Origin: an uncultured Acidobacteriota bacterium
GTDB lineage: Bacteria; Acidobacteriota; Vicinamibacteria; Vicinamibacterales; CAVVIG01
Length of the DNA stretch: 64,000 bases
NCBI GenBank assembly: GCA_963773035.1
Contig: CAVYZX010000012.1
Span: 90,013-154,012, forward strand
Direction of reading: 5' to 3'
This document shows positions 1 to 9,578 of this stretch, in pieces. Made by a program: the position numbers and the translations under genes. Within the stretch, counting starts at the first letter, position 1, and each line of letters begins with the position of its first letter. The notes under the pieces were generated by a model that did no database searches, was not told the origin of the DNA, and was given only the letters and a program-made list of their open reading frames with translations.

Positions 1-1796
1 AGGTCGTCCAGCACGCCAAGTTCGACGAGATGGCCGAAAACAACCACCAGCGCACCTTGGCGCTCCGGGCGCCGAGAGGCTTGGTATTCGACCGCGACGG
101 CCGCATCCTCGTCGAGAACCGCGACTCCTACAGCATCTCGATCGTTCGTGAACACACCAAGGACATCAACCGCACTGTTCGTCTGCTCGCCTCGGTGATT
201 GGAGTAGACGAGAAACATGTGCGGGACATCGTCGATCACCATCGTCGAGAGCCGGTGTATCGGCCGATCACCATCGTGCAGGACGCCTCGCTCGCTCAAG
301 TTGCGGCGGTGACTGCGAGACGGCTCGATTTCGAACTGCCGGACGTGGTGGTCGAGGAGGTCCCGACTCGCCGGTATCCTGAAAGACTGGCCGCTCATTT
401 GTTCGGCTACGTCGGCGAAGTCAACGACTCTCAGGTCGCCGAAAACGACGACCTCAAGAGCGGCGACATCGTCGGTCAGGCCGGCATCGAGAAGGTCTAC
501 AACACGCTCTTGATGGGTGAGGACGGCGCCAGGCGCGTCGTCGTCAATAGCGTGGGCCGAGAGATCCGCACGCTCGAAGAAGAGGAGCCCACGGAGGGCA
601 AGCGAGTTCAGCTGACGGTCGACTACGACGTGCAGAAAGCCATCGAGGATGGGTTCAACGCAGCGGGTTTCAATGGCGCCGCTGTGATTCTCGATCCGAG
701 CAATGGAGAAGTGCTCGGCTTCATGAGTCGTCCGGCTTACGACCCCAATGCGTTTGCGTCGGGCATCGACCGGGCGACCTGGGCCTCGCTGAACACCGAC
801 GAGTTCCGACCGCTGAACGATCGAGCGATCCAGGGCCGCTACTCGGCGGGCTCCACCTTCAAGATGGCGGTCGCGACCGCCGCGTTGCAGGAAGGTGTGA
901 TTACGCCCGACTTCCAAGTGACTTGTACCGGTGCGGCGAACTTCTTCGGGCGGCCGTTCAAGTGCTGGAAGAAGGGCGGACACGGTACCCTCGATCTTCG
1001 CCATGCGATCGAGCAGTCGTGCAATGTGTATTTCTACACGGTCGGCAACATGACGGGAATCGACCGCATCCACAAGTGGGCGACGCTGCTCGGGCTCGGC
1101 GAAAAGAGCGGCATCGATCTGCCAAATGAGGTGCAGGGTCTCGTCCCCTCACCCGAGTGGAAGCAACAGCGATTTCGAGAGAAGTGGTATGCCGGCGAGA
1201 CGATCTCGGTCTCGATCGGTCAGGGCGGAGTCTCGGTCACGCCGGTGTCGATGGCGGTCTACGCGGCGACGCTCGCCAACGGCGGCACGCGCGTCACGCC
1301 TCACTTGTTGAAGGCGGTCGATGACGACGGCGGGTGGAAGCCTGTGGCCCCGCCCGCGCCGCAGTCGAAGGCCGAGTTTAACCCCCAGAAATTGCAGGCG
1401 ATCCGCGACGGCTTGTGGATGGTGGTGAACGCGGCCGGGACCGGCCGCAAGGCGAGCATCAAAGATCACGACGTCGCCGGCAAGACCGGCACCGCGCAGG
1501 TCATTTCGAACGAAGGCCGCGCCGCAGCGAGGACGACCAAGGATTTGCGCGACAACGGGTGGTTCGTCTTCTTCGCGCCTCGCGACAACCCCCAGATTGC
1601 CGGCGTTGTCTTCCTCGAGCACGGGATGCACGGCCCCAATGCAGCGGCCGTTACCCATCACATACTCGAGACATTCTTTGCCAAGCGGGAAGGGCGCCCG
1701 CTGCCTGCGCCACCTACTCGAGACGACTTGCATCTGGATCTTTCGGATCCGTTGGCGCGGCGGTCGGCCGCGGCACCCGCGGAGGCGGAGCAGTAA
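1..1796 (+). CDS. mrdA: Penicillin-binding protein 2 (5' truncated by window edge)
   Basis: Transpeptidase motifs STFK (SxxK), SCN (SxN) and KTGT; PBP dimerisation segment APRGLVFDRDG; frame open to the window start; directly upstream of rodA. Confidence 0.95.
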   Translation, partial: VVQHAKFDEMAENNHQRTLALRAPRGLVFDRDGRILVENRDSYSISIVREHTKDINRTVRLLASVIGVDEKHVRDIVDHHRREPVYRPITIVQDASLAQVAAVTARRLDFELPDVVVEEVPTRRYPERLAAHLFGYVGEVNDSQVAENDDLKSGDIVGQAGIEKVYNTLLMGEDGARRVVVNSVGREIRTLEEEEPTEGKRVQLTVDYDVQKAIEDGFNAAGFNGAAVILDPSNGEVLGFMSRPAYDPNAFASGIDRATWASLNTDEFRPLNDRAIQGRYSAGSTFKMAVATAALQEGVITPDFQVTCTGAANFFGRPFKCWKKGGHGTLDLRHAIEQSCNVYFYTVGNMTGIDRIHKWATLLGLGEKSGIDLPNEVQGLVPSPEWKQQRFREKWYAGETISVSIGQGGVSVTPVSMAVYAATLANGGTRVTPHLLKAVDDDGGWKPVAPPAPQSKAEFNPQKLQAIRDGLWMVVNAAGTGRKASIKDHDVAGKTGTAQVISNEGRAAARTTKDLRDNGWFVFFAPRDNPQIAGVVFLEHGMHGPNAAAVTHHILETFFAKREGRPLPAPPTRDDLHLDLSDPLARRSAAAPAEAEQ

Positions 1797-2890
1797 TGTT
1801 CGAGCGGCGGCTGTACTACCACGTGGATTGGGCGCTCCTGCTCGCGATCCTCGCCCTTTGCGGACTGGGCGTGGCGATGATCTACAGCTCGACCTCGGAC
1901 CCGACCCGTGGCTCGTCGCACATGTACGTCACGCAGCTGTACGCCATTGCGATCGGTCTCGTCGCGATGGTCGTCACGTTGACTTTGGACTATCGAACGT
2001 TTACGGACAAGTCTCATCTCATCTACATCGCTCTGTTGGGTCTGCTTCTGTATGTGCTCGGTTTCGGTGCGGTGGTCATGGGTGCCCGCCGCTGGATTCC
2101 TCTGGGAGCGTTCAATCTCCAACCGTCGGAGTTTGGCAAGATCGGCGTGGCCCTGGTGCTGGCCAAGTTTTTCGGCGAGAACCGCGGTACGCCGACCTGG
2201 ACTGATTTCGCGATTGGCGGCGTTCTTACTCTGCTGCCCTTCGCGTTGATTGCCAAGCAGCCCGACCTCGGCACAGCCGTCACGCTGCTGCCGATCTGTC
2301 TGGCAATCGGCTATCTGGCCGGCATGCAAATGCGCATTTTCGGCCTGCTGTTTCTCTGTCTGCTTCTGGCGGCGCCCCTCGCGTGGACGTTCGCGCTGAA
2401 GCCCTACCAAAAGAGCCGCATCTCGACTTTTCTCGATCCATCCCAGGACGCGAAAGGCGCCGGATACCAGCAGATTCAGGCGCGCATCACCGTCGGATCG
2501 GGAGGCCTCACCGGCAAAGGTTTCAAGCAGGGAACTCAGGGTCAGCTTCGGTTTCTTCCTGTCGCTCACAACGATTTCATCTTCTCGGTGCTGGCCGAGG
2601 AGCAGGGGTTTGCCGGCGTCATTGTTGCGCTCGGCTTGTATTTGTTCGTCATTTTGCGCGCGCTCGAGGCGGCCAGTCTGGCCAAAGACAGGCTGGGTTC
2701 GTACCTCGTGCTTGGCGTGCTCGCCAGCTTCACGTTCCAGGTCGTCTATAACATCACGATGTCGGCCGGGTTGGCGCCCGTCAAAGGGTTGCCGCTCCCA
2801 CTCATGAGTTACGGAGGGTCATCGATGATCGCGACCCTCGCCGGCTTCGGGTTGGTCCTCAACGTGCGGATGCGGAGGTTCACGAATTGA
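1796..2890 (+). CDS. rodA: Rod shape-determining SEDS protein RodA
   Basis: ATG overlaps the mrdA stop (TAATG); motifs GARRWI, QPSEFGK, QPDLGT, HNDFIFSVLAEE, LPLMSYGGSS. Confidence 0.95.
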   Translation: MFERRLYYHVDWALLLAILALCGLGVAMIYSSTSDPTRGSSHMYVTQLYAIAIGLVAMVVTLTLDYRTFTDKSHLIYIALLGLLLYVLGFGAVVMGARRWIPLGAFNLQPSEFGKIGVALVLAKFFGENRGTPTWTDFAIGGVLTLLPFALIAKQPDLGTAVTLLPICLAIGYLAGMQMRIFGLLFLCLLLAAPLAWTFALKPYQKSRISTFLDPSQDAKGAGYQQIQARITVGSGGLTGKGFKQGTQGQLRFLPVAHNDFIFSVLAEEQGFAGVIVALGLYLFVILRALEAASLAKDRLGSYLVLGVLASFTFQVVYNITMSAGLAPVKGLPLPLMSYGGSSMIATLAGFGLVLNVRMRRFTN

Positions 2891-3062
2891 TCTCTCTGCA
2901 ACGTGCTCCGCGGAAGCGGGCGGCACGCTCGAGTACGGCCGAGCCGCTTCGAGACGACACCGACGACTCTGGAGTCGTGCCGCTCCGCAAATGACGAACT
3001 GACGAAGCCGCGAAAGCTGGCAGCGCAGCGCTGGCAGCGAAGCAGGCTTCAGGAGTTCGTTC

Positions 3063-4728
3063 ATGACCAAGGAGATGATCATCTCCTCCAACGGCCACGA
3101 AACGATTGTGGCCATCCTCGAAGACGACCTCGTCGCAGAAGTCTTCGTCGAACGCGAGCGCCAGCGCGGTGTCGTTGGCAATGTCTACAAGGGCCGCGTC
3201 TCGAAAGTACTACCCGGGGATGCAGTCCTCGTTCATCGACGTCGGGCTGGAGCGCGACGGATTTCTCTACGTTGCCGATGTGATCGAGGCTTCAGAGGAG
3301 CTGGACCGGCTCGAATCGGGAGATCTCGAAGACGACCAGACGAAGCCACCCGCTGCCAGCGAGGCTGCGGACGAGGTGCGCGCCGAACCGCATGAAAACG
3401 GTGGCGATGTCGCTTCCCCTACGCCCCGACCGAAAGACGAAGGTCGCAGCCGGGAAGGATCGACTGGCTCCGGCAGCCACCGCGTTGAATCAAGGGGCGA
3501 CAGGGCTCAGCCGAGGATTGAGGATCTCCTGCACGAGGGGCAGGAAATCCTGGTGCAGGTCGTCAAGGAGCCGCTCGGGACGAAGGGTGCGCGTCTCACC
3601 TCACACGTGACGATGGCGGGTCGTTTCCTCGTGTTCATGCCGACCGTCGATCACGTCGGCGTGTCCAGGAAAATCGAATCACGCGACGAGCGCGGCCGTC
3701 TTCGAGGGATCGTCCGGGAATTTCGAGAAGCGCGCGGGTTCACGGGTGGGGTGATCATTCGTACGGCCGCTGCCGGACGTCCCAAGGAAGACATCATCAG
3801 CGACCTCGAGGCGTTCCACAAGATCTGGGTCGAAATCCGGCAGCGGACCGAGTCCTCACGCGCACCGGCGATCGTCTATCGCGAACAGAGCCTGGTCAGC
3901 AAACTCATACGAGACCTGCTGACCGACGAATTCCAGGCGATTCGGATCGACAATCCGCAGGAGTATCAACGCGTGCTGGAGCTGGTCGAGCGAATCATGC
4001 CGAACCTGGCGGCAAAGGTCCGGCTCTATACCAAACCGTTCCCCATCTTCGATGAATATGGCGTGCAGGCCGAGATCGACAAGGCGCTCAAGAGCAAAGT
4101 CTGGCTCAAGTCCGGCGGCTCGATCGTCATCAATCAAACCGAGGCGCTGGTCGCGATTGACGTGAACACCGGACGGTACGTCGGGAAAAAATCGAGCGGC
4201 CGCCTCGAAGACACGATCGTGAAAACGAATCTCGAAGCGGTCAAGGAAATCGTCCGCCAGATCCGGCTTCGCGATGTCGGCGGCATCATCGTGCTCGATT
4301 TCATCGACATGGAGGAGAAGAAGAATCGCCAGAAGATTTTCCAGGCCGTCGAGCAGGAGCTGAAGAAGGACCGGTCTCCCTCCAAAGCGCTGCAGGTTTC
4401 TGATTTCGGCCTGGTCATCGTCACGCGCAAGCGGGTCAAGCAGAGCCTCGAGCGCGTGTTGACCGAGCCGTGTCCATATTGTTCAGGCACGGGAGTCATC
4501 AAGTCGAGCTCGACGATCTGCTACGAAATCCTGAGCGAAGTGAAGAAGATCGGCCCGGACCTGAACGGCCACCGGCTGTTGTTGCGGGTGAATCCCGAGA
4601 TCGCGCGGGCGCTCAAGGAAGAGGAAAGCGCCGTGCTGCGCGATCTGAACCAGTCGCTTGGCAAAGACGTCACGATCAAGCCCGACATGCATCTCCATCA
4701 CGAACAGTTCGATGTGATGGCGGTTTGA
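3063..4728 (+). CDS. Ribonuclease E/G family protein interrupted by a +1 frameshift at about 3216-3219 (assembly error or pseudogene)
   Basis: N-terminus MTKEMIISSNGHET..VGNVYKGRVSKVLPG lies in one frame and MQSSFIDVGLERDGFL..IDVNTG..IIVLDFIDM..CPYC in the next; junction reads CCC GGG G ATG; SD AGGAG before 3063. Confidence 0.9.
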
Positions 4729-4732
4729 GCGG

Positions 4733-4804
4733 GGCAGGTAAGTCGGGTAGGTCAGGTAGGTCGGATAGGCCCGGTGAGTCAGGTGCTCCCTGACTTACCG
4801 GGCC
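4733..4804. repeat. Degenerate 9-bp tandem repeats ending in a 16-bp inverted repeat; likely terminator between convergent genes
   Basis: Units GGCAGGTAA, GTCGGGTAG, GTCAGGTAG, GTCGGATAG, GCCCGGTGA, GTCAGGTGC; GGCCCGGTGAGTCAGG (4768-4783) pairs with CCTGACTTACCGGGCC (4789-4804). Confidence 0.7.
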
Positions 4805-4811
4805 TTCTGCA

Positions 4812-5309
4812 TTACGCCGTTGGGAAGTACACCAAGAAATAGTTGCCGCCTCTGTTGATCCAGAGACGCATGTAGTCGCCGCCCTTGAGTGTTTCGATCT
4901 TCGAGGAGTTCGCGGCCGGCGGCGTGTCTTTCTGCACGTCTTTGGTTTCCGGCTGCGGAACGATCGTCACCACCTCGCGACCCTTGACTTGCCCACCCTG
5001 AACGAATTCCACCCACCGCTCGAGTCCTTGCGTTTGACCTTTTGCGTCGGGCGAGGCCGCCTGAGTGGTGAGGCGGACTTGATACGTGCCTGCCGCCAGT
5101 GATTTTCCGTCGGCTTTGACTGCCTTCGGTAGTCGGACCGATCCGAGCGCCATTTCGCCGGTTGGCGCAGACGGAGCCGGTGCCGTTCCGGGCTGCTGCT
5201 TAGGTGCTGTATGACCTGCCCCTTTATCGGCCTGAGCGTACAACGACCCCGTGCCCAGGGCGCCAACCAGCGCGCCCACTAGAATGACTTGCTTCATCGT
5301 CGCCTCCAT
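4812..5309 (-). CDS. Exported hypothetical protein (start may be ATG 5297)
   Basis: Signal peptide MKQVILVGALVGALGTGSLYAQ; GGAGG before ATG 5297; TATAAT at 5319-5324 on the minus strand. Confidence 0.75.
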   Translation of the reverse strand: MEATMKQVILVGALVGALGTGSLYAQADKGAGHTAPKQQPGTAPAPSAPTGEMALGSVRLPKAVKADGKSLAAGTYQVRLTTQAASPDAKGQTQGLERWVEFVQGGQVKGREVVTIVPQPETKDVQKDTPPAANSSKIETLKGGDYMRLWINRGGNYFLVYFPTA

Positions 5310-5384
5310 TGGCTTCTAATTATACCGACCTTAGCGCAAGGCAGGCGCCGCTGCAACCATTGATGAGGTAGGGATCGTCTGCAT

Positions 5385-6407
5385 TCAGCGTCTGGAGATG
5401 ACGATGTTGCCGCTGAAGGTGCGGATACTCAAAACTGCACTGCCGTCGCCGAAGGTGGCCCGCATGGCGCGGCCACCGAACGACTGCCGGCCGCGGCGGC
5501 CGCCGCGATCGCCCGTGCCGTCGAACGTGAGTGGCAGGTCCGAACGGACCGATCCGCTGAACGTATTGGCGGTGATTTCGAATCCCGTCGAATCGGTCAG
5601 GCCGAGTCGTACGTCGCCTGAATGCGAATTGAAGTCGTATCGGCCGTTTCTATTGAAGCTTCCAGAGAATTCCACGTTGCCACTGATGGATTGAACGCCG
5701 ACGCGATCGCAGACGAGATCAGTGAGGACAATGTCACCGCTGACCGTGTTGGCTTCAAGACTGCGGGCTTTGAAGCCCTTCGCCCGCACGCTTCCGCTGA
5801 CGCTGCTTGCCGTCAGAACGCCTTCGTCACCAGAGCCCGCAAGATCGACGTCGCCGGAAATGGACCTGGCCGATTCCAGTCGCGGAGTTCCCGACGTCGT
5901 GACATTGCCGCTGATGCTTTCTGCTCGCACCGAGCCCTGGACGTCCGTCACCCTGATGTCTCCCGAGATCGACTTGAGCTCCACCGACGTCGAGGTGGGA
6001 ACCGTCACCGTGTACGAAACAGCAATCCGGACGTTGCGCGATCGATATCTCGTTTGCACGTCGACATGGCCGGCGCGCGCATCCACGATGATGTCGACCG
6101 CGTTCAGATCCTGCTGATTGCCACGCGCTTGCTTCACCGCTTCGATCGACACCTCGTCACCTGAGCCGCCAGTGACGACGATCGAGCCGTCGATGTTGGC
6201 GAGGCTCAATCGGCCGTCCCTTCCGATTTTGCCTTTGTAGGCGAATCGATCGGTACGCTCGGCATCTCGGCGTCCTTGATACGCGCCGGGCAGGGCGCGC
6301 GCCCGGCCTGAGCTCGCGAAGCCGCGGTCTGGTTGTTGGCCGCCGGCCGATGCGGCCGTTGTCAAGGCCGCCAGGACCGAAGCCACGAGAGAGAGAGTGA
6401 ATCGCAT
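5385..6407 (-). CDS. DUF4097-like beta-strand repeat (adhesin-like) exported protein
   Basis: Signal peptide MRFTLSLVASVLAAL with GAGGA SD; repeated SISGDI, SISGNV, SVSGSV, TVSGDI, TFSGSV units. Confidence 0.85.
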   Translation of the reverse strand: MRFTLSLVASVLAALTTAASAGGQQPDRGFASSGRARALPGAYQGRRDAERTDRFAYKGKIGRDGRLSLANIDGSIVVTGGSGDEVSIEAVKQARGNQQDLNAVDIIVDARAGHVDVQTRYRSRNVRIAVSYTVTVPTSTSVELKSISGDIRVTDVQGSVRAESISGNVTTSGTPRLESARSISGDVDLAGSGDEGVLTASSVSGSVRAKGFKARSLEANTVSGDIVLTDLVCDRVGVQSISGNVEFSGSFNRNGRYDFNSHSGDVRLGLTDSTGFEITANTFSGSVRSDLPLTFDGTGDRGGRRGRQSFGGRAMRATFGDGSAVLSIRTFSGNIVISRR

Positions 6408-6457
6408 GCTAGTTGTCCTCTTGGACGCGTGCTCGTTGAACTCCTGTTTGCCCGAGC

Positions 6458-7192
6458 TCATTGTTGCTGCAAGCCGGAGACGATGCGCGCCGCACCGGCT
6501 TCGTTACCCTTTCGCATTTCGTTGATGAGCGCGACCGTTTCCTGCAGAAGACCGATCTTCGCTTTGAAGCTGGCGAGGAGGCTCTGTTGCGCCGGTTCGC
6601 TATTCGGCTGCGTTCGCAGTGCCGCCCGGCTCTCGCTGATTGCCTGATCGACGACGGCCAGATTGGCCTGCAGGGTATCGGCTGTTCGAGGATCGAGCTC
6701 GCCCTTTTCCGTCTTCGCGATCTGTTCGAGCCCGCTGATCGCCTTCTGGTAGTGTTCTTCCGCCTGGCGCAACTCGGCTTCGACCGATTGTGCAGTCGGT
6801 GCTTCGGTTTCTTCGACTGGCGTCGATTCGCGCGAAACGAAAAAGCCCATTCTGATGCTGAGCCCGGCGGCGAGAACCAAGACAGCGGCGGCAGCGGCCA
6901 CCCAGACTGACTGCGAGCGCCACGTGCGGCTCGTCGGTCCACGAAACGGGGTAACTGCCGGCTGCCGGCGGTCAGTTGACGACTCGCGAACCGCCTGCTC
7001 GAGTTTCGTCCAAAGCCGTGCTGGTGGCTCAATCGGAGCAAGATCGCGGGCCGCACGGCGAAGCTCCCGCAAGTCGTCCGCAAGCGTCCGGCACGTCGCG
7101 CACTGATCGACGTGCTCGGCGACGGCCGCCCTGTCGGACAGGCTCAACGCGCCGTCCACGTAATCGTTGATATCAGCCTGCGTTGGATGCAT
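6458..7192 (-). CDS. Zinc-finger (zf-HC2) membrane-anchored anti-sigma factor
   Basis: HxxxCxxC motif (HVDQCATC); one TM segment; directly downstream of the ECF sigma gene. Confidence 0.85.
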   Translation of the reverse strand: MHPTQADINDYVDGALSLSDRAAVAEHVDQCATCRTLADDLRELRRAARDLAPIEPPARLWTKLEQAVRESSTDRRQPAVTPFRGPTSRTWRSQSVWVAAAAAVLVLAAGLSIRMGFFVSRESTPVEETEAPTAQSVEAELRQAEEHYQKAISGLEQIAKTEKGELDPRTADTLQANLAVVDQAISESRAALRTQPNSEPAQQSLLASFKAKIGLLQETVALINEMRKGNEAGAARIVSGLQQQ

Positions 7193-7219
7193 GGCGTCAC
7201 ATCGCAGCGGTTATTCGAG

Positions 7220-7810
7220 TCATCGTGTACTACTGCCGCGAAGCTGCTCCCGAAGCCGCATCCGGGCCTTGAAAACCTGCGACTTCGAAGTGCCCTCGGC
7301 GATACCCAGCATGCGGCCTACCTCTTTGTGGTCGAATCCCTCGACGTCGTGCAGCACGAAGGCCTCTCGGCAACCGTTCGGCAGACTCTGAACGGCGCGT
7401 TCGAGGTCGATCCGGGTGACGGGAGTGTCCGGCGGTACGGCCGGCTCGATTGTCCCGTCATCGAGTGCGTCCGTCAGCTTTCGGTTCTTGCCCTGGCGGC
7501 TCCGGACGAAATCCAGGCAGTGATTGATCGCCAGACGATACAGCCACGTACCGAGAGTCGCGTCGCCTTTGAAGCTGCCCAGCTTTCTGTACGCCTGCAG
7601 GAAGATCTCCTGGAGCAGGTCTTCGCCCTCGTCCGGCGAACCGGCCATGCGGCAGGTCAGGGCGTACACGCGCGCCGCGTGCCGGCGATACAGCCCCTCG
7701 AACGCCTCCGTGTCGCCCGCCTGGCAGCGCGCGACGAGCTCCGCATCACTCACCGTCAGTTCTTTAGACGGCGGCGGCTGTGGCGAGCGTTGCTTTGTGG
7801 AGTTTTCCAT
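7220..7810 (-). CDS. ECF RNA polymerase sigma factor (start may be GTG 7753)
   Basis: Region 2 DLLQEIFLQAYRKLGSFKGDATLGTWLYRLAIN; region 4 EGFDHKEVGRMLGIAEGTSKSQVFKAR. Confidence 0.93.
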   Translation of the reverse strand: MENSTKQRSPQPPPSKELTVSDAELVARCQAGDTEAFEGLYRRHAARVYALTCRMAGSPDEGEDLLQEIFLQAYRKLGSFKGDATLGTWLYRLAINHCLDFVRSRQGKNRKLTDALDDGTIEPAVPPDTPVTRIDLERAVQSLPNGCREAFVLHDVEGFDHKEVGRMLGIAEGTSKSQVFKARMRLREQLRGSSTR

Positions 7811-8142
7811 CGGACCCGCTCGAGCGCGCGGATACGGGCGCCAGATACTTCAATCCCTTCAGCGATTAACAAGGAGCGCTTGAGCGCTTCGCTGCCGCCG
7901 TAACCGCCGAGCCGGCCCCCAGCCGCGATCACGCGGTGGCATGGAACGTCCGGGCGCCGGCATTCGCGCATGATATTGCCGACTGCCCTGGCCGCACGAG
8001 GCCGTCCGGCTGCGGCGGCAACATCTCCATAAGTAGCCACTCGACCGACCGGAATACGGCGCACCGCCGCGAGCACGCGCGAAGCGAATGGCGGATCGCG
8101 ATCGGCCACGTCGCTGATTGTGTCAGATCGGGCCGCGATCAC
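7756..8142 (-). CDS. MGMT/Ogt-family single-domain DNA alkyltransferase
   Basis: IPVGRVATYGDVA, ARAVG, PCHRV active-site motif, KRSLLIAEG. Confidence 0.85.
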   Translation of the reverse strand: MIAARSDTISDVADRDPPFASRVLAAVRRIPVGRVATYGDVAAAAGRPRAARAVGNIMRECRRPDVPCHRVIAAGGRLGGYGGSEALKRSLLIAEGIEVSGARIRALERVRWKTPQSNARHSRRRLKN

Positions 8143-8180
8143 GTGTCCGGATTTAGCGGTTGGACTTTGGCTCGGTCGGC

Positions 8181-9563
8181 TCAGGCGGCGGAGAGTGCGA
8201 CATGATTCAGCGGATCGATATCGTATTCGGCGGGATCGACGGGGCTTTGAACCGTCGAAGGACCTCCACGCTCTGGCGATACTTCCCAGAGATTGATGTC
8301 GTAGGGGACGGGCAGTCTGTTACCACTCTTGTCGAACACCACGCGGACCTGCGGTCGATGGGGATCCGGCGCGTATGCCTCGACGACGACGGCGACTTCG
8401 CCCGTGTCGAGGCGCACGAGATTACCGGCCGGATAGATGCCGATCAGTTGAACGAAGCGTCGGACGAGATGTTGATCGAACTGCGCGCCGTCGTTGCGTT
8501 TCAAGACGGCAAGAATGCGGTCGGTCGGGTGCGACTCCTGATAGACGCGTTGCGATCGCATGGCGTCGAAAACGTCTGCAATCCCACATAACGTCGTGCA
8601 GACGTTGAGCGTCGGGCGCGAGATACCCGTGGGGTATCCGGTGCCATCAAGACGCAGGTGGTGCTCGAACGCGACGACAGGCGCGAGCGCCGGGACATCC
8701 CGAGTTCGTCGCAGAATTTCGGCGCCGTCGACGGTGTGCCGCTTCATGATCACGAACTCCTCGTCGGTGAGCTTGCCCGGCTTGTTCAGAACCTCGTTGG
8801 GCGTCTTCACCTTCCCGATGTCATGCATGAGCCCTGCGAGTCCAAACTCACGCAGCAGCGGACCGTCGAATTTGAGGCTTCGCGCCTGGGCCATGGTCAA
8901 GATCGACACGTTGACCATGTGTGTGAAGGTGTAGTCATCGTAGTTCTTCAATGTCGTGAGGGCCATCAGTGCAGTCCGATTCTGCAACACTGCTTCCGCC
9001 AGCCCGTCGATCATGGTGATCGCGGCGGCCGCATCAGGCTTCTTTTCGCGGGCTGCGCTTTCCCACACGACGTTGGCCACTGAAACCGCATCTGTGTACA
9101 GCTGGCGAATCGTGGCCATGTCGCCGAGGTTTCCTCCGGTGCGCTCCTCCACCTGGATCCGGCCGACGCGAATATGTGGAAGGGAGGGAAATGGCGGCGG
9201 AGAAGCCGTCGCCGAGGACGAGTGAGACGGCGACGCTAGTGCGTGAACGAGGCTCGCCAGCTCGTCGACTCCCACGCCACGTTCAATGGTGATGCGCTCG
9301 ATTCCAGCGGCCTGGAGTCGTCGAACCATGTCGCCGAACGTATCCGCCTTTCCAATCGGCACGTCTCCAACGACGACTTCGCTGCCGACGATGCCAACGG
9401 TAATGGTCGGCTGGTTGGCATGATAGCGATTGGCCGCTTCTGCCAGGGCTGTCACGCTGCGGCCGATGATGGGATGGGTGGAGGAGTAGAGCGTCGCCGA
9501 GCGGATGGCCGCGGCAAGCCGCCGCAGGCAGTCGTCTGCGAGCTCCATTCGTTTGTCAGTCAT
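8181..9563 (-). CDS. HD-GYP domain cyclic-dinucleotide phosphodiesterase
   Basis: YTFTHMVNV, MHDIGK, HHLRLDGTGYP, IADVFDAMRSQRVY. Confidence 0.9.
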   Translation of the reverse strand: MTDKRMELADDCLRRLAAAIRSATLYSSTHPIIGRSVTALAEAANRYHANQPTITVGIVGSEVVVGDVPIGKADTFGDMVRRLQAAGIERITIERGVGVDELASLVHALASPSHSSSATASPPPFPSLPHIRVGRIQVEERTGGNLGDMATIRQLYTDAVSVANVVWESAAREKKPDAAAAITMIDGLAEAVLQNRTALMALTTLKNYDDYTFTHMVNVSILTMAQARSLKFDGPLLREFGLAGLMHDIGKVKTPNEVLNKPGKLTDEEFVIMKRHTVDGAEILRRTRDVPALAPVVAFEHHLRLDGTGYPTGISRPTLNVCTTLCGIADVFDAMRSQRVYQESHPTDRILAVLKRNDGAQFDQHLVRRFVQLIGIYPAGNLVRLDTGEVAVVVEAYAPDPHRPQVRVVFDKSGNRLPVPYDINLWEVSPERGGPSTVQSPVDPAEYDIDPLNHVALSAA

Positions 9564-9578
9564 GGCGGCCCATCGTGA

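Noticed and set aside
2999..3016. CTGACGA..CGAAA resembling a hammerhead ribozyme core
   Set aside because: Only 5 nt lie between the motifs, so stem II cannot form, and no consistent stem I/III with an NUH site was found
3270..3520. Acidic low-complexity insertion in RNase E/G, considered as an intein or mobile insert
   Set aside because: No intein terminal motifs; variable disordered inserts in the S1 domain are common in this family
5352..5380. ECF-type promoter pattern (GCAACC..CGTCT) on the plus strand
   Set aside because: It points antisense into the DUF4097 gene with no downstream plus-strand gene; probably chance
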